From an uncultured Streptococcus sp. (GTDB lineage: Bacteria; Bacillota; Bacilli; Lactobacillales; Streptococcaceae), in NCBI GenBank assembly GCA_963555095.1, contig CAUVUZ010000001.1:1-52598 (forward strand): a DNA stretch of 52,598 nt, in the 5' to 3' direction. A program made the translations under genes and the position numbers. A model generated the notes under the pieces. It had not been told where the DNA came from. It saw only the letters and a program-made list of their open reading frames with translations, and did no database searches. This document shows, in pieces, positions 52,361-52,598 of this stretch. The stretch's first letter is position 1. The number at the start of each line of letters is the position of its first letter.

Positions 52361-52500
52361 ACTATTTCCCGCAGTAGTGATAGCCTAGATAATAACAAAG
52401 TTATTATCTAGGCCGGAATTTTTGAGACATATGGCTCAAAAATTAGGGATGAAATTCCTACAGGAAGTTGCTCCCGTCCGCACAATCTAAGGGAAATAGT
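52361..52500. repeat. Nested inverted-repeat element (MITE-like or structured RNA)
   Basis: 10-bp terminal inverted repeat enclosing 14-bp and 10-bp perfect hairpins. Confidence 0.6.
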
Positions 52501-52562
52501 AAAAAATTATTTTATATAAGTTATAAGACATTGAAATAGAACAAAATCTAGAAAGGGAACCT

Positions 52563-52598
52563 ATGTTACACAACGCATTTGCCTATGTTACAAGGAAG
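52563..52598 (+). CDS. vex3: ABC permease Vex3, 5' end only
   Basis: MLHNAFAYVTRK after an RBS-like AAGGGA, downstream of vex2. Confidence 0.75.
   Translation, partial: MLHNAFAYVTRK

Noticed and set aside
1..52598. CRISPR array or rRNA
   Set aside because: No regularly spaced direct repeats, cas genes or rRNA-like sequence seen

Overview
Mostly housekeeping chromosome from a mitis-group Streptococcus (S. oralis/S. mitis-like, judged from gene content and a BOX element). It carries sifR, a glutamine-type ABC operon with a GlnR box, recJ, rnjB, estA, uvrC, pepV, brnQ, ldcB, rplK-rplA, apt-metA-dnaD-tpiA, a heterodimeric ABC exporter, dpr, truA-pdxK, pepQ, murT-gatD, har, cshA, codY, tRNA-Leu(AAG) and vex1-vex2-(vex3). 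The standout is an AT-rich islet of about 2.8 kb (about 13890-16722) inside the 5' end of a metallophosphoesterase gene downstream of uvrC. It encodes a coupled HNH nuclease with an extra Zn-ribbon and an ABC-type ATPase, a Septu/PtuAB-like anti-phage module in HNH-first order with no retron RT. The islet leaves a 31-codon stub of the host gene upstream and supplies a divergent replacement 5' end downstream. It brings its own terminator and promoter, and its nuclease has an in-frame TAA at codon 13. Other notable signals: a probable unannotated ~115-nt CU-rich sRNA with a perfect sigmaA promoter between cshA and codY, a nested multi-hairpin element between vex2 and vex3, a nonsense-disrupted rhodanese gene, three apparently leaderless genes and two L1 autoregulatory sites. 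All calls come from reading the sequence and recalling protein families; no searches were run.
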